Positions 1 through 12,579 of a DNA stretch of 64,000 nucleotides are shown one piece after another. Source of the stretch: Takakia lepidozioides. Lineage: Eukaryota > Plantae > Bryophyta. The notes under the pieces are model-generated. The model was not told where the DNA came from. It did not search any database and saw nothing but the letters and a program-made list of their open reading frames with translations. The stretch is taken from the NCBI GenBank assembly GCA_030704615.1, contig CM060731.1, positions 40,424,001-40,488,000 of the forward strand. The letters run 5' to 3'. Position 1 is the first letter of the stretch. Each line of letters opens with the position of its first letter. The translations under genes were made by a program, and so were the position numbers.

Positions 1-225
1 ACAATTATCCTACTACCTCGCTGCACATATATGTTGACAAGGAAACACTCATATGACAACTCAGTACATTGCTCAACCAAAATCCGGCCTATTGGCCCCC
101 TTTCTTGCAAGGACTATGTTATATTGCAAAGCTCTTGGAAAGAAAATTTGTAGAAGTGAGTAAAATTCCATGGATGGCGAAAGGGAGAACTGTGGGTACT
201 CACTCATGATCTCTGTGATTTGCAG

Positions 226-1040
226 ATTCGATTGTTCCGCCGCCAGAGCTGCTACAGAAACTCCTTTCCGTTTTGCAGAGTGGTGATGACTTCGATTGTG
301 CAATCTGCCTGAACCCACCAATAAACGCTGTCATCACACCCTGCGCACATGTCTATTGCCATCGTTGTATTGAGAAATCACTGACCCAGAACAAGCAGCA
401 GTGCCCTATGTGCCGTTCAGCTCTTGCAAGCTCAGATCTCATGGCTGCCCCTAAGGAGGAAAACAGCCAAGATTCTGAGAAAACTGATGCTCAAGCAACC
501 ACAAAAACTAGTGCCAAAGTTGAAGCTCTTATGCAGCTTTTGTCTGAAGTGAGGACAAAGGACCCTTCTGAGAAATCAGTCATTTTCTCACAGTTTTCGC
601 AGATGTTAACGTGTTTGGAAGGACCCCTGAAGGATGCAGGCTTTGGCTATGTGCGGCTGGACGGCAGCATGACAGCCAAGAAGCGGAAGGCTGCCTTGGC
701 AGCCTTTCAGTCGAGTGACCCTGACAGCCCAACTGTTTTTTTGCTGAGCTTAAAAGCAGCAGGAGTGGGCCTGAATCTGGTGGCTGCATCACGTGTGTTT
801 ATGATAGATCCATGGTGGAACCCTGCTGTGGAAGAGCAAGCCATGGATCGTGTCCATCGGCTGGGCCAATCCAGAGATGTAGAAGTGGTGAGGCTGGTGG
901 TGTCTGACAGCATTGAGGAGCGCATTTTACAACTGCAAGAACGTAAGCGCCAGCTTGCAACATTTGCCTTTGAGAAGCGGTCAGCTGAGCAGCAGCGCTC
1001 GATACGGATTCAAGACGTGAAGCTTCTCATGCACATGTAG
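226..1040 (+). CDS. Terminal exon of RAD5/HLTF (SMARCA3)-like SNF2 helicase with RING finger and helicase C-terminal domain; gene starts upstream of the window
   Basis: Acceptor ttgcag ends at 225, then ...PPELLQKLLSVLQSGDDFDCAIC...PCAHVYCHRC...CPMCR (C3HC4 RING), followed by SVIFSQF, RLDGSM, SLKAAGVGLNL and DPWWNPAVEEQAMDRVHRLGQ (SNF2 motifs IV-VI). Stop at 1038-1040. Confidence 0.93.
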
Positions 1041-1839
1041 TCACAGTCAACGATGTCGTGGTTTGACTGAACCTGCTAACCCCTTGTTAGGAAGATGGGA
1101 CACACTCCCAGCATGTGGAGGCCAAGACACTCCTTATTCGTGAGTGGTAATATGACTCTAGTTCAAATGCAGGGCTGCATAGTGCTCAGACAGATCACAA
1201 TTTTGACATATGAGTGGGCCCCCATTATGCTGAAACCCCACTGCTCTTATGAGCTGTGGGGTCAGTGTCGTCGGATCACATTGATACCGAAGTATCAACT
1301 TGCTCCATCTTGCTCATACTCTGAAGCTACCCAACTCAGACATTGGTTAGTGAATCCCCCTTGAGTGACCTGTCCCCACTGAATTCTTGTACTTGTACAG
1401 AAGCAAGTAGTTTTGGAATCCAACTAGTTACGCTGTCATTTCACCTGTTTCCTCAAGACTGTAAAATGTTACTAAACAAAAAGCTCCACATTGCAGGGGC
1501 CTTTGAAAGTAAAGATGACAATCTCACAAAGCAAAATATACACAAGACAGTACCCAGAGACACCCTTCAAGAGTACTACAGACGACCTTGCCCCATCAAA
1601 CACTAGGTTGGTCTGAAATTGGTGAAGCAATCTAAACCCCTGAAATAAACAGGCCAAAGGGCCCACCTCTGACCTGCTTAGCTCAGTTTTAATGCCCCTG
1701 AAGAAAAGTGCAAACCTCCTCAGAGTTCTGAGTCATGCGAAAATATTATCCGGAAGGCATGATGTTCATCAAATTGAATAATCCTTCATTCCTAAAGCGT
1801 GATCCATGTTTTTGGCCCGCTAATATTGTAGAAGCATAT

Positions 1840-1886
1840 ATCCCATATCGTTTGCCCGTAACGAGGTTAACTTTTTTACTATATAA
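1840..1886 (+). promoter_or_regulatory. Plant snRNA promoter: USE (ATCCCATATCG) plus TATA box
   Basis: ATCCCATATCG at 1840-1850 matches the plant USE consensus RTCCCACATCG with one mismatch. TATATAA at 1880-1886 lies about 28 nt upstream of the U1-like start, which is Pol II-type spacing. Confidence 0.8.
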
Positions 1887-1907
1887 GGCCCCCGCAAGCT
1901 AGGAGGT

Positions 1908-2060
1908 GTACTTACCTGGGCGGGGTCTATCGGTGATCCGGAAGGTTGATGTCCTTGGGCGACCTGTCCCATTGCACTACGGCACGGGTAGCTCTAGCAT
2001 CTCCCTACGAGGGGGCATGCACTTGTGGCAGCGGGGGCTCGCGTTCCGAGGCTCTCGTTC
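1908..2060 (+). ncRNA. U1: U1 snRNA (divergent variant)
   Basis: 5' (G)TACTTACCTGG splice-site-recognition sequence, stem-loop I loop GATCCGGAAG, stem-loop II loop CATTGCAC, Sm-like site CACTTGTGG and a 3' GGGGG...GTTC hairpin. Preceded by USE and TATA. Confidence 0.85.
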
Positions 2061-5000
2061 TTATGAGGAGGTTTCGGAAGTGGTGTTACTCTGACATGGG
2101 AGACCTCTGTTTGTGACTATATTTTGAATGTTGCCAATAGTCCATCTACTTGATCCTTCCACTCTGATAATGTAGGGGTTAGAAATTGTGTTGATATTGC
2201 AGAAATGGGTTGTCTGCTCAACCTCTCTTTATAGACCTGTTCTTGCTTTGAAAAGTTGTGGACTTCGCTTTGTTGCAAGAGTCAAATCTGCGTAGGAAGG
2301 TAATCACAAATGCACATTCTAGTAGTTTCAAATGTCCACTGTTAGACTCCCTATGAACAGATGGCAACAGGAATCATGTTTTTGTCCTTGAAATTTTTTG
2401 TCCTTGAATAATGAATAAATTAGTTCTACCCTGTCTAGCAGTGTCTCTAAAGTTAGCCCTTAGCAGGGATTTTGACGGCTGCTCCACAGCACTTCACCCT
2501 CGAGTACCCTCCATCTTGTGCTGAATGAGAGGAGAATCCTCTGTTTTTTTTCTAACCAAAGAATATCTCTGCAGGAAAGAGGAAGTTCTTTTCGAGTTGC
2601 TACGTTATACGCTTCACCTGTTCTGCAAACAAAATTTGTGAAAACAGAACCAGCAAAAGGGTTTGCAAACAAAGCCCAAATCTCAAGGTGGCATTTGGGT
2701 TGTGCCTAGTCTGTTTCCTAATATTCTAAAGACCCTTTGATAATATTTTAAACTCCTTTAACTTGCGGAAGAGTGCCAAACCAGTTTGATCCTCATGTAG
2801 CTTGGGGATGGTCATGGTCCATGGGTTCCATTAGACTGGAACTACCTCGGTCCAATGAGGGCTTGCCACAATAGAGGCCTCAATTGACAGCCATTCTCCC
2901 TCTTTTCCCGCATCTCTCCCTCTGTCCCATCAGGATGTGGAGAGAGAGGGAGAGAGGGAGTGATGACCGAAAACACAAAAAAAAAACAGGTGGAGGGGGG
3001 GGGTGACTGAGCAGCTGCTGCTCAGTCAACCCCCCCCCCCATTTTTTATTTTTTTTCTTTCCCTCATCTCTCCCTCTCTCCCTCTTTTCCCTCATCTCTC
3101 TCTCCCTCTAGACACTGGGCTTATGGAATTGTTGTCCCGACTTCCATTTTTTTGAGGAAATTGGAAAAAAAACTGCAAATTTGGGTTGCAGGGAATTTTG
3201 GATGTTTTTTTATCCAAAATGATTTTTTTTTTAAAATCCTAGTGAAATATTTTCATTAAAAAACTTGTGAGTTGCAAAACTCCCGTCAGTTTCTACTTTT
3301 TCAATCCAACCTGGATGAAAAAAGGACTTCATCTGACAGGACCTAAATACAGGGCAAGATAGGTTTAAAAAAACCCCCCCCATGTTTTTCATCTAACCTA
3401 GATGAAATACGGACTACATCTGTTGAGTGCAAGACAGGTTGAAAGCACCTCGATGTCTTTCATCTTCCACGAATGAGAAACGGACAACGTCCGTCGGGCG
3501 GACAGACTGGCGGATGTTTTTCATCCTGAGAAGGATGAATGACGGGCCAAACAGGGGAAAACCCTGCGCAACCCTAATGTCTTTATTTTTGCGCTGCGAG
3601 AGCGCGCGCGATGGCGGCTTGTGAGGCGCGATGGTGCTCGTGCTGCAGATACCTTGAGCTGCCAATCCTTGAGTGTTTATGGCTCCTGTGAGCGACGCCT
3701 GGGCGGGCTCTTTAAGGCGATGGCGGTGGCTTAGAGATGAGGGAAGATTCCCTGTCTCAGTTGTCTGTTTTTTTGCTGCACAAGGAAACCGCGGCAGTGA
3801 TGGCGGAAGCACCACCTGCATGCCTATGACGTTTCCCTAGGAGCCCTCCTCTGGATCTTTGATGAATGGCGGCACAAGGAAGTCTCTCTCCCTCCCTTTA
3901 TAAACCCTACCTTTTGAAACCAAGCTTTTTTTCTTGTGTTTGGCAAGACCTTGCTTTGGTTAAGATAGCAGTGCCGTGGTGCTGGCGGAGTCCTCCCTGC
4001 ACGGTTAGGCTTGTGGAGAGATGACGACTCTCCCCCAAACAGTTAAAAAAGGTTTTTTTTTCCGTTGGTTTTGCTTCCTTGCTTGCTTTGGCATTCTCTA
4101 CGCTTAGATTGAAGTGTATTTGACCTCGATAGCAAGTATGGAAGCCTGCTACTCACCTCGTGCATCCTCACTAACTCACAATGCGTTGTGGTTGTTTTTG
4201 GGACGCTTCCACTTAATATTCTGATGTCTAGGTGTTGCTGGATACCAAGTGAGATTGCAGAGCAGGGGAAAGAATCGCTGGCCAGGGACTCATCTTAAAA
4301 TGTTGAAAACTAAACTACTCTATGGTTGTTCTTGATCCTACCTCTTTCCTTCCTTTATTTTTGAAGAACAAGTGTAATGCTTTCTACGATGGGCTATTTT
4401 CGGCCCAGCCAGTGGAAGACCTCTGCTTTGTTGTGACAGCCGGGTTTATGATGGCTTGTGTGAGAGACACCATCTGTTTTCCAGGCACTAGTTTGCTTTG
4501 CTTACCTTATGGTAGTTGGAAACAATTTGAGAGGCTGCAAGGAACTGTTTGTTGCAGCTATTCGGGTACCCATGTTGACCCCTGTTATGTTCCAACCCGG
4601 ATGGCGTTGTTAGCTAGATGCTTAGGCTAGGGTATGGTGAAGATTCTGTGGATATTCGGCTGACAATGAAATATGGCAGCAATATATAACTGGTAACTGG
4701 TTTTTGAGGCAGCCAGGGTGGTCAAGTGGAAATACCCCCTGGACATGGTGTAATGACATGGTCAAATGTGGAATAATGTGAAGGGTGTACTAACAGTATC
4801 ATATACCGTCACAGGATGTGTATGCAGTCCTTTATCTTTACCTTGTTGTGTCATGAACTTTGATTTTCAGCTCTAGCAAGAAATAAATGTATAGGGGTAG
4901 TCTGGAAAACTTACCAGACATATCCACCTCCCCTGTGGGGGCAAGCTGTGTTGCAGACTAGTCTAAACCAATATTGGCAGGGCAAGGTATTTAAAATCTG

Positions 5001-5149
5001 TGATGTCCAAGTGTTCTTTTTGTTCTTTCTGATTTCTTAAAAAAACCCTCCATGACACCCATGGGGTTTGAATAAGTATGCTTGGATTACAGCTTGCGGA
5101 CAGTAAATTTGTATGACCATTTGACATGCAACACATCAAGGCCAAAATA

Positions 5150-6090
5150 TGGCCAAGTACCCGCCATCCCACCCAGACCTCTGAATGTATATCCTGATCA
5201 TGACTAGTGGTCAATTAGCATCAGTGGCATATTCTTTGGGTTATGAATAATACTGACATGAATACATTACTGTGCATGGATGTAATTCTGGATTTTCTAA
5301 AGCTTGATGATTGATGGATGGTGCCACTGTTAAGTGGCTGATATGTCTGATTATTCTTCTTATTCATGACAACGACCCTAGGGGTCATGTCTTTGTCTTG
5401 ACATGACAAAAAGTATCTTCCCTCTCTCTCCATGAAATTGAAACTGGAGAACACTTCTTCTATTGTCCTATATACTATGAGATCCGTGGGGATTCCACTG
5501 TCTACTCCGTGGAACCCAAACTCTCACTGAAATCTCTCACTATGAAGATCAAAAATGCATGGTTGCTTACCTCCAGTTGGGCGCCTCACACAGCAGCTCC
5601 TTCACGCTGGCGCTCCACCACCAGGTCGCGTGGGCACACTCCCTCGCTCAAACAACAAAAAAGGGAGAAGAGGGAGAGAGATAAGGGCGAGAGGGAGAGT
5701 GAGGGCTAAGAGGGAGAATGAGAGAGAGAGAAGGAGAGGGAGGGCAGCTCCCTCACGCGGCAGCTCCTTCACGCTGGCAGTCCCTCCCGCGGTGCTGGCG
5801 TTCGGCTGGCGCTCCACCAGCAGGTCACGGGGGCGCGCTCCCAGTTCGCTCAAACAGCAACAAAAAACAAAACGACATAGAAGAGGGAGAGAGAAGATAT
5901 ACATGTCATGTCAAGACATGGACAAGACCACTAAGGTCATTGTCATTGAAAGACAAAGCAACCCTTTACAGGGCATCATCTAACAACCCCTTTTACCAAC
6001 TCATTTGAACATCTTATAACTTTTCAGGGTATCTGAAAAAACAGGGTGGGAGGGCGGGATTCCTGGTCATTCATATCCTGAAAGTCCCAT
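5150..6090. repeat. Degenerate long inverted repeat (foldback/MULE-TIR-like) with internal direct repeats
   Basis: CCGCCATCCCACCC (~5161) pairs with GGGTGGGAGGGCGG (~6044). GTCTTGACATGACA...TATCTTCCCTCTCT (~5395-5430) pairs with AGAGAGAAGATATACATGTCATGTCAAGAC (~5888-5917). Internal direct repeat CAGCTCCTTCACGCTGGC at ~5594 and ~5761. Confidence 0.45.
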
Positions 6091-8526
6091 AAGTTGACAT
6101 AAAGCATTCATTTTTTGTTGTTGACACGGGTCAAGCCTTACATACTCTAGTTCTTGAGCCATTCATCTTCCTAAAAAACATCCTGTGTAGGCGTGAAACT
6201 GATCTGTCAGTGCCAAGACATATGCAAGATTCATAAAGTAGAAGCGGGGCTAAGTTTTTTTCAGGTATATGTAAGCCTGGATAGTCATTCCAGGACTTCA
6301 AGATCAAAACTCTGCCATAGTATAAGGTAGGAAGCGCACAGCATCTACCAGCAAGCAGTTCTTGAAAACCAAAATACTGATGGGGTCAGGTCTGAAGGTG
6401 CTTCAGTGCCAAGTCATAAGCCAGATTTCTAACAAAACAAAACATAGGGCTGAGTACCCTCAAGTAGATATGGGCCTGGAGTGGTATTCCAGGGCCTCAT
6501 AACAAGCTATGCTAGTTAAAGAAATGAACTCAGAAACCATTGTCCCCTATCATGCAATGAAATAGTGGTGATATAAGAGCCTTGAAGAATGTTTGTTATC
6601 ACAAGGTCTATCTTCTGATCCATCAGAGCCAGGCCATGGTGTTTCATTTCAGAGCTTAGTTTCCATGCTGCCAATGCTATAGCCGCAGCCATGTACCTTT
6701 GTTGAAAACAGCCAGAGCTTTCAACAGAGATTTTGTTTTCTATGAAGTCCCTTGTGTGTCTTAACTCCAAAACGTATAGAAGTGGTTATCAAGAACCAAA
6801 AACAGGGATAAGGAGTAAGAAGGTGATCCTCATTAGAGCAGACTTGAAGCCGATTTGAGGCAGCAAGATGGCAGATTTGAAACAACAGTTGGTATCAGCA
6901 GCTTCAGGCGGTAGCAGCAATCCCTTATGCATGAATCAGCTGCAAGCTTCAATAATTCAAGACAAGTGAAGACCCTCACCTGTGCCCGTCCCAAAAACCA
7001 CCACATAGAGATGTGTGTTAGTGAGGATGCATCAGGTGAGTGGCAGGTTTTCACAGTTGCTATCCATGTCAGTGTTGAATTCTAAAGCATGTACAAATCG
7101 TAATCCAAGCAAGGGTACACTCAAAAAAACCTTGAGTGTTTGTGGTATGCCCTGCGCCATGGCGTCCAGTAGATGTCTCCAGCAGAACGCAATCAAAGTA
7201 GATAGAGAGCAGCTCATACAGAAAGAGAGCAACATGTAATATGTGGCTAAGTAGGGGTGGAGTACTTCCCAACGAGGAGTAAGAGCGCCGCTGCAAATTT
7301 AACAGAATCATAAATTTCTGAGCAGAGCGATCACTGCATTGTCGACTGCCAGAGAAGAATCTGTCTATCTGCCATTGCGCATCCCAAAAGCCAGCCATCA
7401 CGAGTACCATGTAGCCGCAAGGGAGCAGGTTTACACGGCGCATCATCAAGGATCATAGAAGCACGAGTTCTGTGCTGTGAAATATGTCGGCCCGTTTAGG
7501 GCACAACTTCCCGATTTTTCATCCAGGGTGGATGAAAAATCATATTTTAAAGAGATGCACTTTGTTAATGGATGATATCCCATAAAAATGTATCTTAGGG
7601 TTACGGTATAGGCTTAGGTTTAGTAACTGCCATCATTAATGATGGTACAAATTACTACCTCTTGGATTTTTAGAATAGGTCACCATTATTCATGTATTTC
7701 ATCCAGTTTAGATGAAAGAAGCAAATAGTAAATATCCAGGCCAAATGAAATCCAAAAAGTTATAGAGGGAGAGGGAGAGAGGGAGAGAGAGGGCGTGCGC
7801 GGGTTTGAACACCGTGGCGCGTCAGTGTTGCGTCACCGCCGCCGGAAAACGCTCCGGCATGCGGGGGTAGTTGCGCCCGGGAGAGCTCGAGAGCAAAAAA
7901 AAAACAAAGTAGGGATGGAGGGAGGGGAGGGAGGAAGAGTGAGAGGAGGAGGGTGAGGGAGAGAGAGATCAGATAGAGAGATTGAGAGGGGGAGTGAGAG
8001 GCGGTCGGTGCAGCCGCGGCGCGCCAGTGTGGCGACCCCACCGGAAAACCTCGGCGGCGATCAGGCGCCTTCGCAAAGGGGAGAGAGAAGGGCGGCCACC
8101 TTGGCAGGAGGAGGATCCGCTGCGACGTTGGGGAATCGCACGAGCGTCGCTGCCTCAGGGGGACGTCGCACGGCAGTCGCAGATCTAGCGCAGAGGTGAG
8201 TTGAAGAGGCCTCTCATTTTTTATTTTATTTTTTTGGTTTTTTGGGTTATGGGGTTTTGCAAGGATCATTTGGGTTTTTGGGTCTTTGGCTCTTAGGGTT
8301 TTAAGGGTTACATAGTTTAGTTTAGGGTTAGTTATAATATAGTTAGTTTAGGATTAGCTGCAATATAGTTTGGTTTTTAGGGTTTTGTTTTTTGGTGGGG
8401 TGGGGACATATGGCTTTACGTTTGTAGGGTTTTTTTTTCAAGTTTTTCCAAGGGTTGGGAGTGTAACTCCTCCGGAGGTTACAGTGGGTCACAATACGGT
8501 ACTCTACCTCTCTCTCGTGCTAGGTC

Positions 8527-10342
8527 ATGCCGCGTGTTTATCGACGTGTCACGCTTGAGGATTCGTTGTTGGCTGTGCCACAACCACCCGCTGAGGGCGA
8601 GACGGCACGTTCGCCTCGTCTACGAGTTAGGCGGCAATATCGCCATGTCCGCACAGCTTTGCCCCCACGGCCACCACCCCAAGGTCGTAGGCCGCCAAGT
8701 CCAGAGGCACAAGCCCCGGGGAGACCCCGTCAGGACCGCCTCCCCAAGATTGAGTGTTGGTGCAGTTGGTGTTGGGCACGACTACCGGTTGGGAGGACCA
8801 CACCGATGATGCGGCGACCCCATGTTGTGCAAAAACATTACGCCAAGTACGAGATTGCTGATGCAGCAAAGGTAAGTCGTCCATATATTATCTTCTCACG
8901 TACTCCTCAATTAAAAGTACTATATCTAATGAAACCTCGCGTTTGTGAATTGAGTATTGATGCATTTCATATCATGCATCTTGCAGCCCCGTCTTGATGT
9001 CCAAGCTCGCAATTTTTTTGCTGAAGAGGCATACCGATGCGGGTTTCTTCCTTCTTACGAGCCACACCCCGTTCCGGATGTGAACATTTTTTTCTCGCAA
9101 CATGATGTAGATGCAGTTTGTGAGGTAGCGGGGTACGATGCGTGTTTTTCTATTTTTGGGCACCGGGCTAGGTGCTTGTCACCTACGCACACACATTCGT
9201 TATCCTTGACATCGGCACCCCCATCCTCACCATCATCCGCATCGTCTGTTCCTCCTATTGTAGATGGTCTTTCCTCATCACCATTGCCATCTGAGGTCCC
9301 TCATACTGACCGGCTACGTGTCCCTTCCCCTCCATTGCCGAGACCACAGCCGCCACCGAGTCCAAGTTCGACATCCTCGACATCGGCACCCCCATCATCA
9401 CCATCATCCGCATCGTCCGTTCCTCCTATTGTACATGTTCTTTCCTCATCACCATCGCCATCCTGGCCATCTCGGCCAGTACTACCTCCACACGAGATCC
9501 CTCATACCAACCTACGTGTCCCTTCCCCTCCATTGCCGAAACCACAGCCGCCACCGAGTCTGTATCCAGGTCCTACGGCAGAACCCGGATGGATCCCACC
9601 ACCTTTGGGGACTGTGTATGACTGGGACCGATGGATCACTAGGTTCCCACTCCGGGAGAAGGGCCCCCGAAGTGATGGACGGGCGCCGCCCCCTAGGAGA
9701 GGTGGACCGAAGTTATTTCGCACGGTTGGTCCGCGCCTTCGCCGGCCTAATGACGGCACCATACGTCATTGTGGTGCTAGGGAGCTATTCACGATGGGAG
9801 TCCAACCCCATTTCTACCAATGTCTTGTGCCTTGTCCAGTTCCGATTCCCGAGGGTGAGCCCTTTCTTTTTTGGGGTCGCATGTATTGCATGATGGAGGC
9901 AATGGACCCTAGTATGGGTCGCGGACTTTTTTTGATGGAGGGTGTAGTTTTGGGGGGAGGAGAGGATTCTGTGGATTTGTTCCCCTATTTTGGGCCGAGG
10001 TACACCCACCGGGAGTGGCAATTATTGCAGACACACGGCCTTGGGTCCTTGATCCATCCTTACATCATTGTTGTGAACGACAATGATGTAAGGGCGAGAA
10101 AATTGGGCTGCAAAGCCCATATTTATTGTGACGGAAACCCCGATGTGTATGGCAACGTGGCTGGGCTCATCAACAGTTCAGTTACCTTACCGCCGGGCCA
10201 CACCGCCAACGTGTTTTGGGATGAGCGCCATGACGGGGATAGTAGATTGGACCCTAACATCACCACTTTTGTGATGACATGTGCAAGGAGGACTATTAGG
10301 GCTGGAGAGGAGTTGTTTGCGAAGTATGACTTTAGGCGTTAG
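8527..10342 (+). CDS. CACTA-associated SET-domain protein (exons 8527-8871 and 8987-10342, about 566 aa): CxCxxC..H zinc motif, Pro/Ser-rich linker, C-terminal SET domain
   Basis: Phase-0 donor AAG|gtaagt at 8871/8872 and phase-0 acceptor ttgcag|CCC at 8986/8987. SET motifs: MGRGLF...LFPYFG (I), YCDG...GNVAGLINSS...ANV (II/III), ARRTIRAGEELFAKY (IV). The ORF is uninterrupted. Confidence 0.75.
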
Positions 10343-10656
10343 CCGACTTTCATCATGTGTAGATGGACATAGGAAGACATTTTGTACATTGAGGTGGCTT
10401 CCTCCACCGTGTATATATACACATAGGCATTGATGTGTATTTGGATGCAGTTTTTCATGCTATATTCAAGGGAGTTTGGGTGGACGTTATATGTGAATTT
10501 GGGTATTTTGAATTATATAGTGTCTCCTTCATGCGGTGAAGCAATGTATGTATTTCCCTCGTGTATATAATGTGTACTTTGGGTTTTATCCTGTATGATA
10601 ATGAACAACGCCATGTATGGAAACTGATAATGACATGGTTGTTTTTGGCATCTTAG

Positions 10657-11247
10657 GATGCCGGCCACAACCCCACGACGTTAATTCATGACGTTCATGA
10701 TCTTGTCATGAACCGGGATTTTGTTCCTTCGGAGAAGGATGCGTATCAAAGGGACCCGACCCCGTCTGAAATGGCGGTCTCCGATGATGAGGACAACAAT
10801 GACAATAGAATTATGCATGAGGATGTGGCAGCAATGGAGGACCTCTTAATGCATCAGATGGTAGATGAGGACACAAACTCTTTGAATGACATGGAAAAAA
10901 AAACCAAAACTTCCTTATACAAAGGGGCCAAAGTGAGTAGACTTTCAACCATCTTGTTGTTGCTAAATTTGCAAATCCGATTTGGCATAAGCAATGTGGG
11001 TATGTCCGCCATAATGCGGACTATTGCGGACTACATCCTTGCCCCACATTTGAAGCCGAGAATGCCACGATCAAGAAAAGAGGCAAGAGCAGCCTTAGAT
11101 GCTTTGGGGATGGGCCATAAGATTTTTCATGCATGTCCATGTGATAAAACCCTGTACTACGGAGAGGATGCGAAACTCACCAAGTGTCCAAAGTGCAACA
11201 AAGACCGATATCGGGATGATGGTCAAGGGAAGAAAGCCCCGCGCAAG
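10657..11247 (+). mobile_element. CACTA/EnSpm TnpD-type (Tnp2/Transposase_21) transposase exon, 3'-truncated
   Basis: LY.GAKVSRLS.IL.LLNL..RFG.S...MP.S..EA...L..LGM.....HACPCD..LY...CPKC...RY...KKAPRK is the typical N-terminal region of plant CACTA transposases. In-frame acceptor at 10656, donor AAG|gtatac at 11247. The DDE core is absent downstream. Confidence 0.85.
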
Positions 11248-11889
11248 GTATACTGTCGAGCGGCTTTTACTCACCCATCCCTTCGCTATTCGAGGTGGAA
11301 ACTCCAAGATAGAAGAGTTGGATATTTCTAAGCACTCAGCCCGCTCAGTACAATCAGTCATGACCTACAGCTAGTGAATCATGGTTGTGCTTCCCATTTG
11401 TATTCCTTCTTGCCTTCATGTTATCAATTTACCTTATCTGATACTGAAGCATCAGATTGCTTCAGTATCTACTTAGTTCAAGTTTATCATGCATTCATTT
11501 CACAGCTTCACTCATGTCTCTCTACATAGTATGCTTGTATCGAATAAGTATCAGATTATGATTTATCAGGTACTAGGTCAATGTCAAGGTGACTCTATTC
11601 CGCCCTATAGTATCACTACAGCTCTGCATGTAATAAGCATCTATTGTTCATCTTTTCTCCTTCTTTTTGCTCTCATTCTTGTTCTCCGCCTGATCTCCTC
11701 TTCCCATGACCCAGAAGCGCTCCCCGTGAAGTGTCCCTTCTTTCCGTTGCCGCCCCCATTATCTGCCCGCAAGCTGTTCTAACCACCTAACTAATTAACC
11801 GTCATCCCTGTAGTAACACGTTCCTTCTGCAGATGTCGTTCCCTCACAGTCGTTCCCTGTCAATGATAACTGTTCCTCATGTACTGTGA

Positions 11890-12050
11890 AAGGCTGTGTC
11901 AAGCTGTGTCGAGCTGTGACTGGCTGTGTTAGGCTCTGTAAGACTGTGTCGGGCTGTGACTGGCTGTGACGGACTGTGTCGACTATGTCGGGCTGTGCGA
12001 AGCTGTGGCGGGCTGTGTCGGCTGTGTAACCCCCCTAAAGCCTGCTACTG
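11890..12050 (+). repeat. Tandem ~10-bp GCTGTGTCG-type repeats, possibly a degenerate subterminal region
   Basis: Many GCTGTG(T/A)C variants, followed by CCCCCTAAAGCCTGCTACTG, which loosely resembles the CACTA end at 17521-17540. Confidence 0.55.
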
Positions 12051-12352
12051 CCACCTCTAAGGCTCATGTTGATCTCAGTCTGCGCAAAAATTAAGGGTAC
12101 CCCACAGAACCCGTAAAAGCGTCTAAGTCTCAAGCAGCCCTCTAACATTTACCCCTCCCCCTCTCAAAAAGCCGTGTCCTCACGGTTTACTGTTTGGGAT
12201 GAGCAAACCTTTGTGAGCGAGCACCCTTCTGACGGTGAGAGTCTCGTGAAGGACTCCGTGTGCGAGCCCGCATCCTGTCACTGGTTGACGGAGATGATTG
12301 AGCACTACCTGGAAATGTCTGACCCTCCTTTGGCTGATAACGAGGTAACCTC

Positions 12353-12579
12353 CAGTGTTGGGCGGTTACCCGCCTGGGCCCCGGGTAACCGCCGGTTCCG
12401 GTTCCGGTTATGTGGAACTGGACCGGAACCGGACCCGCCTGCGCAGAACCGGAACCGGAATTGGAACCGGAAATCCAGGATTGTGTGGGAACCGGAACCG
12501 GCGGTTCCAGCTACGACCACATGTGTGGGAACCGGGTTTGGGGGTTAGGGTTCCGTTTCCGGTTCCGGTTCCACCCCTG
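12353..12579. mobile_element. hAT-like MITE with GGAACC/GGTTCC subterminal repeats
   Basis: Ends CAGTGTTGG... and ...CCACCCCTG form an imperfect TIR. The interior is packed with inverted GGAACCGG motifs. No clear TSD. Confidence 0.55.

Noticed and set aside
8270-8400. Interstitial telomere
   Set aside because: Only scattered degenerate TTAGGG/TTTAGGG motifs inside a T-rich 5'-UTR intron.
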